A stretch of DNA of 64,000 nucleotides from Phoronis australis (lineage: Eukaryota; Animalia; Phoronida): contig NMRA01000901.1 in the NCBI GenBank assembly GCA_002633005.1, positions 1-64,000 on the forward strand. The letters run 5' to 3'. Below, in pieces: positions 1 to 13,338 of this stretch. A program made the position numbers and the translations under genes. A model generated the notes under the pieces. That model was not told where the DNA came from. It did no database searches and saw only the letters and a list, made by a program, of their open reading frames with translations. Position 1 is the first letter of the stretch. Each line of letters starts with the position of its first letter.

Positions 1-1214
1 CAGGGGTCATGCAAATCAAACTGAATAACAAAACAAAACAATACAACTAATAATAATGTCAGACTATATTCTGACAGTGTTGTTCTACCCCGGCCAAATG
101 CCGTAGTGGTCTTCAAAATACAGCTCCTCTTACTAACATGAAGAGATGCATATGAGAAAAATGCATTATACTAGCAACCGGGTTGACGATATTTCAGTTT
201 TTGCGTTTCCGAAAGATTCAGAAATTGACCAGGAATGGCAGTCATTCGAGGGTCAGACGTGTGATTTACCGGTCCCTGCGGAGCAAATGATCAGGTCATG
301 GGTCTCACTGGGATGTAGATGCAACAAAATTGTTTGTGGCCGGCATAGAGGTTAGAGACACTTCGAGCGAAATAATTGACGAATCACAACAGTGCAAAGC
401 ATTCATGAATTTGAAGCAAACAATACAGAAACGACCAAAAATAAAGTCCAGTTAGCATCAGTCTGCAGGTGCAGTAATTAGAAAAGATCGTTCCCGCCAA
501 ACGCACTGGACAAATTAAAAATGAAATCAGTGTCCGCTATGTGCTACCAGGTTTTGATAGACAGGGTTAAGGATTCGTTAAGATAAACAAATGGGGATAA
601 ATGTTACTCGACACTGGAGTGCTTAAAAAATTAAACCTTAGTTTAATTAATGAACTGTGCGCACACTGAGCAGACCCCTTTCTCTCGATGCGTGACTTTT
701 CAGACGGAACATGTAACAGTGAATATAGCAACCATTACTAAGTATTATCGACTTAGATTTGATGCGATTTTCCAAGAACATAAACAGAATATTTTAATTG
801 ATGAAAATTGGTTATTAGTATAGTTGTTCGAAGTAATATCGTATGAAGATGTTCAATTCTAATGGGAACTATTTCAAAAACTCTATTGCAAACGAATATG
901 TATTTTGTCAGCTGCTGGAATAATTGTTAATGTATACTGTTATCAGCAGCATATCACGCAGACTTCTATTGGGAAGAATGGCATATGCAAACACGAGTTC
1001 AATTAACAGGTAATTGGTTTGAGGCGTCCCTAATACAAGACCCGACAAAAACTTGACGATTGCAACGGTAATCAAGCACAGCTATTGTCGAGATTTACGG
1101 TAACAGTGCTGCCATCCCCCAAGAAAGTTAAATGTACTACTTCGGATATGAAGACGTGTATCTGAAAACACGCATACATTTTAATCAAATGTTATTGTTA
1201 ATAGCGATGCCAAT

Positions 1215-1385
1215 AATTTCAAAAATATCAATAACAATTATAATACTGATAATCATATTACAAAGTAATAGAAACATTAAAAGTAATAGCAGTGGTGATA
1301 ATAATCATCGTCATCATCATAGTAATAACAATGAAGAAACGGTCATGATAAAAAAAACAGAGAAGAGTGTTATTAATAACATTCA
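1215..1385. repeat. Degenerate (AAT)n-like low-complexity tract
   Basis: Runs of aat/aac/cat triplets. Confidence 0.6.
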
Positions 1386-1811
1386 AAGTAAACGATGACA
1401 AATTCAAGTATGAACAATTGCACGCAGTGACTGTTTGTTCCAACACTTCTGTGATAAGTGTGTGCCAAAGTGAACTCGAGACCACCCTAAGTTACGACTT
1501 CTTTTTCTAGTTAAAGTAAAGTTATAAGGTGACGCTAAGGTTGCAGATTGGTGGGTATAATCAATGAGACACTTACCTAAGTTCACCTTGCGATAAGGTG
1601 CCTTCCAGTTCGCTCCCCGCTCTAAGTTTCAGTGATGCCACTGGATGGTCAGGAGTAGAAAATTAGCACTTGATAAACAGACTACAGCAGCGCTGTTCAT
1701 GAAATCTGCCGAGTTGCCAGTCAGTGTCTAAAGAACTGGGGCCACGTTTACATACATGTAGAGAAACTCATGAAGGAAACAGGAGAGAAATTTCTTATCA
1801 AGTACACTCAC

Positions 1812-2051
1812 GTGAACCGTTTCTACTCGTCACTTTAATTCCATGGACACTGTATTTTCCATTTAACTCAACTCTCCACCATGGATTCTGCAGGTTGCTT
1901 CGCTTTAAAGTGTGAGAACACGACCGTCCGTTCATGAAGTCTGTGGAAGATTTGCCGTCCATGGCCTTCCTTGCGTCAGCAGTTAAGTTGAAGGAAGGAG
2001 AAACAAGAGACAGTGTCGACGACTGGTTAGCCCATAAGAGTGTGATATTCC
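1812..2051 (-). CDS. Gene A exon 7: N-terminal half of F-type lectin (fucolectin/tachylectin-4/pentraxin) domain
   Basis: ttgtttag|...|gtgagt, 240 nt, phase 1-1. Reads GNITLLWANQSST...KAMDGK...CSHTLKRSNLQNPWWRVEL...VTSRNGS, with F-lectin motifs QSST, A(I/M)DG, CSHT, PWWRV.L. Confidence 0.9.
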
Positions 2052-3092
2052 CTAAACAATATAGTGATGTTGATTTCACACAGTGTAAGTCTTAAACAGG
2101 TCATGTCCGTGTAAATCGTTCACTCTGTGAAAAATGACGATTAATGAAGTTAGCGTATTAAAATGTCTGTCTACCTCAATTAAAAAACTCTTCCAAAGAG
2201 ACATTTTGACAAAAAATGACAATAGATTATTCAACAATGTCCGATTGTTCCAAATCACAAAGTGACTTCAATCGCTATTTCTTCCAGATTGGCCAGGACA
2301 TATACAGTGTAGACTATTGAAATGCTGAAGGTTCTCAAAAAACATTAACTGTACTTGAACGATAAGGTCCTGTTGTACAATTATTTATCACGGAAATTGG
2401 ATCGCAACAAGATTAATATGTTTGCAAATATAAATGGCTATTCGACAACTAAGACGTGATATCCACCAAAGCACAAGACCGATAGTATTTCTGTGTTTGA
2501 TCGATGGTGGCGTTGGCTCACCTCGCTGGACCGTGTAAACGGATTTTCCCGGGATTAAGACCTCATCGCGACTACAATCTTTTTGGGCTTGTAATTTGTT
2601 GGTTATGTGTTGTGACAGCATTATACTGCAGGACTTCTAATACATGAATAAAATTTGAGTTAACCCTTGACTAAAAAGTTTAGCTTCTAACAAAGCAAGA
2701 TTGTTACATCAACATATCAAATTTTAAGACGCTATACCATCAGGTGTGTATATTTTTGTAACTCAGTATAACACAAGTTTGCATCCAGTAACATTTGAAT
2801 TCTAAAATGGAAGAGGTATGCACACAAGCCCAAAATTTTGAGCCTGTGAGAATTCGAACGCCGACATCAAGACGTATGATTCACACAATTTCCAAGTAAT
2901 CCCATTATTATAGATGCAAAGCGGTAACTAGTTTGACAGGTATACAGAATCGTTTTACAACATGACTTCACGTCAGTTGTAGCAAAATGACCTTTGGGGC
3001 CGACGCCATCCAGCAATTGGATTCGTATTTCTAAATATCAACAAGCGTTTAATTGAAGAATTTTTGTTGTTATGTTTACAGCATGAAGTTAC

Positions 3093-3362
3093 CGTAATTA
3101 ATATTCACAATCCTGGAAAGTAAATTCCTCTTGTTTCCTGCAGTCGTGAAGACGTTAACGCCAGTATGTAAAAGGTACTCCTTATACCCCAGTGAACGTC
3201 CGGAATGTACCTCCGTTGGCGGTGGTGGTGGTGGTGTTGAGAGTGTAGTGTCATACACGCTGGCTGATAAGACGTCAGAAACCAGGTCAACGTTACTTCC
3301 GCCGTACACGCGGACTGTCCCAGAACCCATCGAAGATAGTGTGCTGAGACGATACAGTGATT
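3093..3362 (-). CDS. Gene A exon 6: about 90-aa beta-rich segment, possibly a degenerate Tie Ig1-like domain
   Basis: catttcag|...|gtaact, 270 nt, phase 1-1. Reads (E)SLYRLSTLSSMGSGTVRVYGG...SRIVNINY and is homologous to 36333-36596. A 4-nt indel between the paralogs just upstream fixes the acceptor. Domain identity is inferred. Confidence 0.85.
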
Positions 3363-3650
3363 CTGAAATGCACTCTAACAAGTGAATAGACATTCGGATG
3401 CATTCCAGTCACATGTTCCTGGATTGGAACATTAAAGTGGAATTTGCAGGCTGCGATTGCTTTGTCAAGAAAGGGATAGACACAACACAAAGCAACGCTG
3501 TGAATATGAAGTAGGTTGAAAATTGCCACTCAACCGCGTCCAGTAAAATTGTGACGTGGTATTGGGGAAGAACATTGCATGACGCAGGCTATGTGAGTTT
3601 CCAAGGTACGTCATTGGTGCAAAGGTAACCTGTTTACACAATTCTTATTT

Positions 3651-3936
3651 CATGCGCGCATATTTCATGCTTGCATACATGGGCTCGGGAGGCTCAAACG
3701 AGTACCCATTTGGCGAATTGGGCAAAAAGGTCCACCCCAGAGAAGCAAAAAGTCCGACAAAACGAGACGAAAGTTCACAAAGAAGAGGCAGGCGCACGGT
3801 GCACAGTCCTAAAGGGTGGTACCCGTTTCTTATTTTATATTTTTATTTTTTTTTTAATCCTCACTATTTTTGTCAGCAAAAGGTCCACATCGACAGAAAT
3901 TCGAGCCTCCCATTTTCAAGGCTGCGTGCGCGCATA
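3651..3936. mobile_element. MITE, CATGCGCGCA-ended family (hAT-like, 5-bp TSD)
   Basis: Ends catgcgcgca / tgcgcgcata; flanks tattt/tgttt (1 mismatch); internal similarity to 22196-22436 and 60918-61134. Confidence 0.65.
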
Positions 3937-4336
3937 TGTTTTTATATTAACAAGTTGTCAATGAATATAACTGAACTTTGTTTAACTTAGATGCTGTTCA
4001 AATAGCATTGTCGATTAGTTCGTGTTATACATTTACATAGTTAGGAGCATGAACATACATTTAAGCTATCAAAGGCGTTGTCGACAAGTCTGTATATCCA
4101 GTCAAATATCATAAAACTAGCTCTGGCAATGTTTATAGCTGCACGTGGTGTAAACTGTTGATCAAAATTTCTTTTCCTGAGCGGAACGTGGATTTGTAGT
4201 GGCTTAATTAATTCTCGTTTTCCAGTGAAGGTTTTGATAACGGATTGACAGAACTTACAAAGACAAAACGCAAAATGCAGAACCGCCAGAATATGCGATC
4301 TTTAAAGTCAATAAATTTCTCAGATTAGTTACTTAC

Positions 4337-4386
4337 CAGTTTTTCGACTCGACACAAAATTCTTGCAAGAAAAAGTTGAACCAAAC
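4337..4386 (-). CDS. Gene A exon 5: end of LCCL domain
   Basis: cttgtag|G TTT GGT TCA...ACT G|gtaagt, 50 nt, phase 2-1, FGSTFSCKNFVSSRKT; homologous to 33720-33769. Confidence 0.85.
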
Positions 4387-4589
4387 CTACAAGTAGGAAC
4401 TGCATTTGCATGAATTTGGCGGATAAAATCTTTTGAGGAGTTCGTTACAGTTTTAATTCATCTTTTAAAGACTTACGTGTTTTTGATGAAACATTTGTTA
4501 ACTCAACCAACCAGTACACAGTTGCGCGGCAATATGACATCTAGTGTAGTGTACATCAAACAAATTACGAACATTATCGGACCCTATAA

Positions 4590-6521
4590 AAGCTAGTTAG
4601 GCAAGAAAAGACCACCTTGCCTGGAATCTCTCAAGATCCAATTTATCATTTTAAATATTTTTTCCAGGTTATAGTAATCACATACCACACGTAAAAATGA
4701 CTGAAAATTGGGCTTAGCCTTTTGTAGTCTTTCTCTATAGAAATGAAATTTTGGTAAGCAAAGAATTAAATTTACAACTTCTAATCTACAGGCTGGGTCT
4801 CCAAACAAGGCGGAAGACATATTTAACTGCAGAGGGAAGCTGTACTGATTTATCATCCATGTTTTTAAACATCCCCAAAACTTCTGAACAAGTGAACATT
4901 CCCAATACAAATGTAGAATTGTTTCTTCATGTTGCTCACAGAAAGAGCATACAGACGATTCACAAACACCTATTTTCTTTAAATAAGAGTTTGTACCGAT
5001 AAGTCTGTGGTTGATATGGAATTGAAACCATCTGAGTCTGACATCGGAAGTACAATTATAAATTACAGAATGATTTTTTTCCAAGATTGAGTATCATCGC
5101 ATAAGTTAATTTCTCTCTCCCATTTCAATTCTGCGACAGGTTTTACATACAATTTAGAAATGAATAATTCATCGATTTTCCGAGTCCCTTTATTTTCCGA
5201 GGAGATTCGAAAAATATGTTCTGGAAAAAGTGGAGTGACTATAGTACTCTTGTCTCTTAGATGGTTCCAAGAACGAAGTATTGAACTTCGAATTCCATAA
5301 AAATGAGTAATACAAGGACAAAATTGAAAACGTGTACAAAAGGTGTGATAATCATAGATATATCCCTTATCAGGGTCAATTAAATCGTATACGTACCGTG
5401 TACCCTTTTGAAACCACTCGTTCCAAAAATTGGATTACTGTCTATCTTACCAAAGGTACATAAATTTCTTTTTGACCAATGTCCAATGCCTTTTCTAACC
5501 TCGTTTAATTTTACATCGTAGTTTAAAAGTGTCATGTTTTGTAAGTTGACAGAAAAGGTAATTCCAAGAGATGTGAACTGGGAACTTTCCCATTTAAATC
5601 TTTTTCACAACAAAGCCTATCACCACCACAAATCTTATAACCACTCCATATACAAACAGTTTTATCGATATTGGGTGAAAAACCAGAATACTTAGCAAAC
5701 TGATCAAGAAGGTTAAGTGACGATTTTAAAGAAGTCTCTGAACCATCTAGAAAGGGGACCGTGTCGTCTGCATATTGCAATAGTTTATACTCTAAAGAGC
5801 CTACTTTTATGCCTTTAACATTCTCGCATTGCCTCAACATAGATCTCCATGATAGCAAGTAGCAACATATATTCAAGAAAACAACAACGGTTTTAAAACT
5901 TGACATGTTTCGGTGTCATTTATTTAACGGGCATGCTTACAATGGTTAATTCTGAACCAAGTATAGCTTGTTGTATTTGGGTTACGTAACCGCCACGGGT
6001 CGACCAAATTTAACTGCGACATCAGACTGATAACTTGTTTTTTTGCAGCCGGATTGTTTTGGTGTTTGTATCCTAAACAGTCAAGATTGAAATCCTGAAC
6101 CAAATATCAGTCGCCGCAAATGATTATAAACTCTGAATTATAGTCAGAGACTATTCGAATCAGGGTTCTAAAAAATCAGGGTCATCCTTGTTAGGACCAT
6201 AAATATTAGCTAACGTTATTGAGACTCGATTTTCAATAAGTAATTCGATGACAACAAGGTCTCCTCTATCATCAAGATGGATTTTACCAACTTCACATTC
6301 AAAACTATTATTTAGCAATGTGCAGACATGTCTCGATACTCTTGTTCCAGGGCTCATGAAAACATCATATCCCCACTGTGCTCTAATTTCTGATTCAAAA
6401 TTAAATGAGTTTCTTGCAAGCAATAGATACCACAACACTTCCGTCACAAAAATTCAAAGACATCCTTTCTCTTAATTGTGTCCCTTAGCCATCTGCAGTT
6501 TAAAGATAAGATACTAACCAT
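4590..6521 (-). mobile_element. Degenerate, internally deleted L1/Tx1-clade LINE ORF2
   Basis: APE endonuclease start MVSILSLNCR...YCLQETH and NIYGPN (6521-6100), RT motif QYADD (~5770) and C-terminal zf-RVT-like CSFC...ETILHLYWEC (~4950); stops and frameshifts present. Confidence 0.9.
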
Positions 6522-7624
6522 GTTCCGACAAAAGACATGACAAATCGGGTCTATCAATTAAAATACTAAGTGTGATGTATATAGAACGTACACAAGTTGG
6601 TGAATCAACAAAAATCTCGCCCAGAAATATGTAAAACAACAAAAAGGGCGTGGGCTAAAATGTACTTCACCACCTCCATGATACACACTGGACATCAGCT
6701 TAGACGATACCCGCATTCATAGACCTGTGTTAATATGCAAATCAGTTGTAGTGTTAATTCATCTTTGTATTTTTTGGATTCCGTATTCAGTTTTTGCTTT
6801 TTAAAAATAGAAAATAAGTGTGGATCACTACGTCAATTTTTCCACTTTGACGACTTAAACAAAGGCACCTCTGAAAAGCCACCTCCGATTAACTTAAAAA
6901 TTGAAACATTTTTGAAAACGTAGTTTCATTTTGATGTCCATTGTGAGCTTTAAAGAAAAAAGAGAACAAATTAATGTTCTACCAATTCCGAGGTATTTTG
7001 TCTAAAACTTAGTCACATAAGAATGCAAAACTTGACCTAAACATGATCCAATTTAAAAACACTATTACCCCGCTGCATTTCACAAGATCTCGATTAGGTT
7101 ATGTTGTTAAGACTGTAAAACATTATTAGTTGATAAGAATATTCTTAAGATCAGGATATTCTTCGTAAATATTTTCAAAATTTTTATTGGAGTCCAGTCA
7201 CACCTAATATTATGGTGTACTATGCCGTCTTTGAGAAATTGATATCAAGAACTATCACTGTGTTAAACGCCAAAACAACAAAAATTCAATGCAAATTCGA
7301 CAGTTTTCACATTTCAATAATTTGTGGTTATAAATAAAAATTTTATTCAAACGTCTTATAAGTTAGTTATTGTGGTCATGGAACAAGTTATAAAATACCC
7401 ATATAATCCACTTGGCTTAAAGTGTGTATCGTGGAAATTTAGAGGCGTAAAATTTGCGTATTAAAAACCTTTTTAAACGTTTCATACCAAACAGAAACTA
7501 GAACATAAACTTTGTTGAGTTATCAAAACACGTTTAAGGGGGGACCTTTAATACACGAATTAAAGACAAAAGTCCATTTTCTAACTTGCAAGTGGTCTCG
7601 AAAATGAACGTTTAACTATCTTAC

Positions 7625-7773
7625 CCCCAACTTTTTCCAGCCCCGTAATGGATTGACGAGATATAAATTGGAGGTGATGTACAGGATGTCCATGTGACCG
7701 TTCTGTCTTCGTCATTGACGCTCCACGGTAAGATACGACCATCATGCCACGCTGACCGACATACTGTGGAATC
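7625..7773 (-). CDS. Gene A exon 4: LCCL domain core
   Basis: tcaaaag|GAT...TGG GG|gtaaga, 149 nt, phase 0-2. Reads DSTVCRSAWHDGRI..., matching the LCCL signature Y..DS.(I/V)C.AA.H.G.I. Confidence 0.9.
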
Positions 7774-8122
7774 CTTTTGAAGAACAATTAGACTTTACAC
7801 GTTACCTAAATGCAACCGACTTAATAAAGCGAGGAACACTGTTACTGTCAATCTAGAACAGTGACCGCCCCATACGATTAGCCGCGCATCATTGTGCTAA
7901 AAAGGACAGAATAACAGTCTCAATACTGCAGAAGCAGCCTTACCTAGCGTATGATGCCGCTGGGTTTAAGCACATGAAAAACAGAGAGGCAATAAGACAT
8001 CAAGTTAGTAGTAATAGAGAAGGACGACGCTAGTGTGGTACAGACAGCTATAGAAGAGGGGTTCAGACAAGAATTGTATAATTGGAAATCAATCGTTTCA
8101 AAAGGCAGACATATGACGAGAA

Positions 8123-8280
8123 CAGTGCTGTAGTGGGACGCAGGCGCACGTAGGAGCAGCCAACCATTCCTTTTTGTATTTGAACGTAGCGCCTACGCAC
8201 CGTAAGTTATGTTCAATGCTCAAGGTGATACGGTGGGCTTTGGGCGCCCACTTGCCTCTAATTTTACCACTACAGTTCTG
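8123..8280. mobile_element. hAT-type MITE
   Basis: TIRs cagtgctgtagtgg / ccactacagttctg; perfect 8-bp TSD gacgagaa at 8115-8122 and 8281-8288. Confidence 0.85.
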
Positions 8281-8608
8281 GACGAGAATGAACTCTTAAT
8301 GCGTCTTAAAGCTTATAGGAATTTTCAAGTCAAAACTGCCAAAAGTAGCGACGGAAATTATTTGAGTATTTTTTGCTCCGCGAATTGCATGTAAATTGGT
8401 TCTCCTACTGTCATAAAGACATTTTGTGTTCGCTACAATTACAACACGCGTAATGGAAAATAACCCTAATGCGTTTGCTCGGTTGCAAGTAGCTTATTGC
8501 CCTACGTTCGCTTTACTTAAGCCGCTGCATAAGCAAGCACCCTCTTAACCACTCATTGGTCATTATCAGCGCGGTGTGATGTTTTTTAAAGTGATAGCAT
8601 CAACTTAC

Positions 8609-8681
8609 GCGCGTGTAATAATACGTTCCATACACGACCTTGGCACTGGGACAGCTTACTTTGGGACAGACATAGTCCGTG
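8609..8681 (-). CDS. Gene A exon 3: LCCL domain
   Basis: tttttcag|...|gtaagt, 73 nt, phase 2-0, TDYVCPKVSCPSAKVVYGTYYYTR (LCCL CP..C...VYGT..Y); homologous to 25130-25202. Confidence 0.9.
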
Positions 8682-11600
8682 CTGAAAAATAGATGAAAAT
8701 TATTACTCCTTAAAAATGACGCGGGAACCAGTGGTACGCAATATCGTGAATTGTGATTTTAAACAGAATAGAGAATTTCTATGTTCATCTTTTAAAACAT
8801 TATTCAACAGAATGTGGCACTTTGTATTATGTCTTATTAGCCAATCACACACTCAGTAATTCAGACGTTGAACAAGGTCGTATTCATTAACCTACTGAAC
8901 GATGAACAAGTAAAACTCAAACTTGACGGAGCGTTCAGCTAGCCTGTGCCGTGGGTATCCACTCCAAATAATGCATGTGTCACCGAATTCTTTGAAACTA
9001 AGACTGTTCCCTTTCTACAACTTACGGCGACTTTTGTGTTTGGAGGCGGGAACTTTAATCAGACAACGGTCTTTATCAAATTGAATTGTTGATATATATA
9101 TGCATATACATTCTTTTGCTCTGGTTGTGGTGATAAATTATGTACAATCAATGCCATTGTATTATCAATCAACTTCTAACCCGTTTTTCTCACGGTTACT
9201 TCTCCTGTCAAATTATGAGTTATACTCCATTTAAGACCACCTCCAGAATGGTATATTTAATCCCTTTTCTGTCCTTAAGCTCATATAGATCTTGACTAAT
9301 AGTTGTTACCACAACCTGCCACAATTTCCGTAGTGGGCGAACTTCAAAATATTTTCAATAACGTAGGAAAATCTTTTTAAATTTGGGTTTTGAGAACAAA
9401 GGACATTTTCTTCTGTTTTATTCAAAGTGATTTGTTATGCTTTTTGCGTGTACATAACGGTATTTCTTGTTACCTATACTTTGTTCACCCAAAATTTCCC
9501 AAAGTATGTTCCCCTTTCCCAAAGTGCCCAGGCAAACTATCGTAGTTATCCTTTGTTTCAGTTTCTTTATATTCTCCGTCTTGGCGTTTTCCAAACTCAC
9601 AATTTCTGGGCACCGATGTTGAAACTTCACGATGCCCCCCAGGTCGGTATTTACAGGTTCGGAAAACATTTTGAGTGTTCTTGGAAGTATTCTTTATAAC
9701 GCTTGGCTAAACCTTTGTTGTTAATTATCTAATGAATCCCCAGACACTAGAGCTCCCCTATAAGCATGTACTCTGCTCAATTGATGGAAATTATGATTCA
9801 CCCTTGCCCATGTGTATGGCTAATTATGAATATTTCAGCCACTTACACGTTTAACTGGTTAAAACTGCCACCTTCTAGGTACTAGATGTGGTTACCCATT
9901 TGTAAATAGTTATTATACATGGCGTGTGATCATATTTTGCGTTTTTTAAACAAAATCTACGAAATCACCACGGTTCGGAAGCTATTTATGATGCCTAATT
10001 CTGCTTTTGGTCAGGAAGTTGTCTTCTTCCACAATTGATTAACCGTTTTTTTCAAATAAATTAGATCAATCTAAATATTAGTTCCAAAACCATTTACCGT
10101 GATTTTCTCAGTCTGCGATGTGCTGAATAACCCTAAAAATTAATTTTCAACCTCTGTTGTTTTATATCTGTTTGAAGCCTAGTGTGAGAACTTTTTATGA
10201 CAATTGATATTTTGTTTTTTGAAGATCCAAGACCACAATTTGGGCTTTTATAGCTCCCAAACATGAACAACATGGTACATCAGGCTAGAAGGGAATTCTG
10301 TATAGTGAAGGGGAGCCATTGTTACGAATGGCATTCGGAACTTATTTTACACTGATTTGAGCTAATAGAGCCCGGAAACTTTGCAACTGTTCTATTTACT
10401 CTGATCAGGAAGTTTTTCAATTTTCAGAGCATGTCATTGTTTAGCCCGGAACTTCGAACGAGATACAGATACCCTCAAAACGAATGGAAATTAGAAATTC
10501 GTGTTGATTGTGACACAGTTTATACTGTACGTGTATTTCTGGTGTGTGCATCATGAAAAGGGAATCATTGGTCTTACTACCCACTTAACCTTTTGCATAT
10601 CAACTGCATTCTAGAATAAGTTCAATGACTCTGACAATGTACACATGACTGGTAGTTATTGAGCTATAATTTTTACAAATTACTTCTAAACTGTGATGGT
10701 TATTTTGCTAAAGCTTTATTAAAACATTGTGAAGTGTGAATGTGAGACCAAAGCTCTGCCGAAATGTTAGATTAATTTTTTAAAACAGGTCCCAGGAATG
10801 TACGTGCATCAGGGCACTAGAAATCTTGCTATTGCTCTTGGACTGGGGTATTTGCTATATGTACATGGGATTTGTCGTTATGGAATAATATTGCCGCCTA
10901 GAAGTCAATAGCAGATTTTAATGTCATTTTCAGCACTTCAATTTTATTTTCGTGGACGTGAATTTCTTTTTCCATGAGGATTTCCATATAGTGTGCTTTC
11001 ATTAAAGTATGCATTTTCGAGTTGTCTTGAGACAGAGGAACAAAACTTGTTGATGATCCAGTGTAGCGGTTACGTCGAAGCCAGGCGCTAGAACTGTGTT
11101 CTTAGCTCTTGATACATGTACATAGCAAACAATCAATAATGACGCTAACTTGAGATTGGAAAACATTAGTCCCCTAGTTGGATGGTAAATTTGTTTAGAC
11201 CAGTTATGAATGCATTGGCTGATATAAAAGTCAAAAAATTGAATCCTCTGTCATCTACGACTAATTCCATTAGCGCAAACGTATGGAGCACTGTGGGGCA
11301 TCAGTACCTGTTTATTGATAAAAGCTCAGGATATGGTCAATTTAAAAGCTCATTTCGGTGTCGCAGCCCCCGTGTTCGTTGGAAGGTGCCTACAGGCTGT
11401 AACTCATGTTACTGGCTAGTAATGAAATCCGTTAGTGCCGGTACTGAAATCAATTTCGGTTTTAAAACACATTTTCCATTAACAGGCAGTCATACCATTA
11501 AAATCAGCTCAAACACTCTAAAATTCGAAGATTTCTCTTTGGATTGTCAAAACCACTACAGTCAGTTTCTATTGAATTTGTTAAGACATTGAACTGTTTT

Positions 11601-13268
11601 TTTCCTCTTCTTCATAATTTAGGGCTTCAAAAATTGATTTTTTAGATTTAAAACGTTCTAAATTTCACAATTTTTACAAATATCGATAGATGCCGATTCA
11701 TAGAAAATTCGATCTAATAATGATGTTCTTAAAATGTGCCATTCAACTAGTGATTCTGCATTGCCATAGTGTGAAACTTTTGTGTATTTTTTGAAATTAC
11801 TTCTAAGAACTATTTTTGATAATGTTGTTGACTTAATTTGCGACATTTTGCGATCACTGTAACAGTGTGTGGATTAATCACCATGCTTTTGTAAAGTATA
11901 ATATTTTGTACTTTAAAAATCATCAAAACAAAATTGACCCTCCTCCCCATCTAAAAACATGGGTGATAAACATGATGCAGCCCACAACCCACGGCCTACA
12001 TGTAGCATGTATACACGACTATTTCCAGTGAGATTTTAAACAAAAACCTACAGGGTGTAATAGTAACGTAGGCATCTACTTAAGTCAAAATAGGCCCCAA
12101 TATTATTATTATCACAGACATATCTAAATCATTCATTTTAAACGTTTCGAGCTAATAAATGGCACGTACCTCAGTGCAAGGTTAATGTAATTAATTAGCA
12201 ATTATCACTGTTGTGAAGGCTATAAATTAATAACTAAGCTGCAATTGTAGACATTTTGGATGAACACATATGTACAAGCATATACATCTAAATGTGCAAC
12301 ATGATTCTCTCTAATCAGGAGCCAAACTTTTAGTTTGCCTAATAGAGGCAGAAACTTCAGATTTTGAAGACTGTCAAATTCTGTTGATGAGCTCACGGTG
12401 ATACTAAACGTTATTGATGCTGGAGTTTTCAACGGCATAGCAGCACACTTCCCGGCATACTTTTATATAGGACAACAGATCAATGAGGAGGCGTTGTAAA
12501 CATGATCCAGTTGACTTGATAAGATAAGTCAGACAGGTACACGACTTCTACGAATTCAAACACCTTTACACCAGGTACTGACAATGTACCCCAATTCGAT
12601 GCGAATCCAAACTGTAAAGCTCTCGATGCTTTATGGAAAGCCTACGAAAATGACACACTGTCGAGAACACACGTTGAGAATGGTTTACAGCATGTGCATC
12701 ATCTTTTAACCACAAAACTGTGCAATTTCCTGCAATTTTTCCCTTTCTTACTCAAGCAGAAACTAAGAAATGTTAGCACATTTGTCCAGTAATTATTACA
12801 AATATACAGTTACAAAAATAACAGTTAAGTTCAGAAAGTATGAATGATCTGGGGATCAGAATGACCCTGTTTTGAGATAGTAAGCTTTAGTTTCCATTTC
12901 AAATTGTAAAGTAGAATCTGCCCAACGTCGCCTACAATATACATTATTCTGGTTCACAGAAGTTTCTCGTAAGTTGAGACCAGATACGAATAAAAAATGT
13001 GTGATTAGTATTACAACTTCAGGTGTTTTACGAAACAAATTGGCTATAATCAACTTGCCAAGCAATCAGTCTCCACGGGCCACAAGCCGCTTCCGGCAGC
13101 CCTCTCGTTTAGTAGCACAAAATTAACCTCCGGTTTAGGGTAATCAAAATGCATGAATGTGTATTGACAATAAAAGTTCATTGTACAATGGTAAGATATC
13201 ACCTGTATAAATTGTAAGCGATTATTTGGATTCCGCTTCGAGCGTTAGATTTATATCATAATGCTTAC

Positions 13269-13338
13269 TTATCATTCTTGTCATGGAACTTAGTGTTACA
13301 CGTTATGGCTGACGCAGATAGACTCTTCAGAAAGCAAC
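13269..13338 (-). CDS. Gene A exon 2: end of signal peptide and start of LCCL
   Basis: catttcag|...|gtaagc, 70 nt, phase 1-2, (G)CFLKSLSASAITCNTKFHDKND; AITC.T resembles the cochlin LCCL start; homologous to 22472-22541. Confidence 0.88.

Noticed and set aside
7928-7975. 16-nt micro-exon candidate upstream of gene A LCCL exon 4
   Set aside because: Wrong phase and no homolog in gene B; exon 8609-8681 fits exactly.
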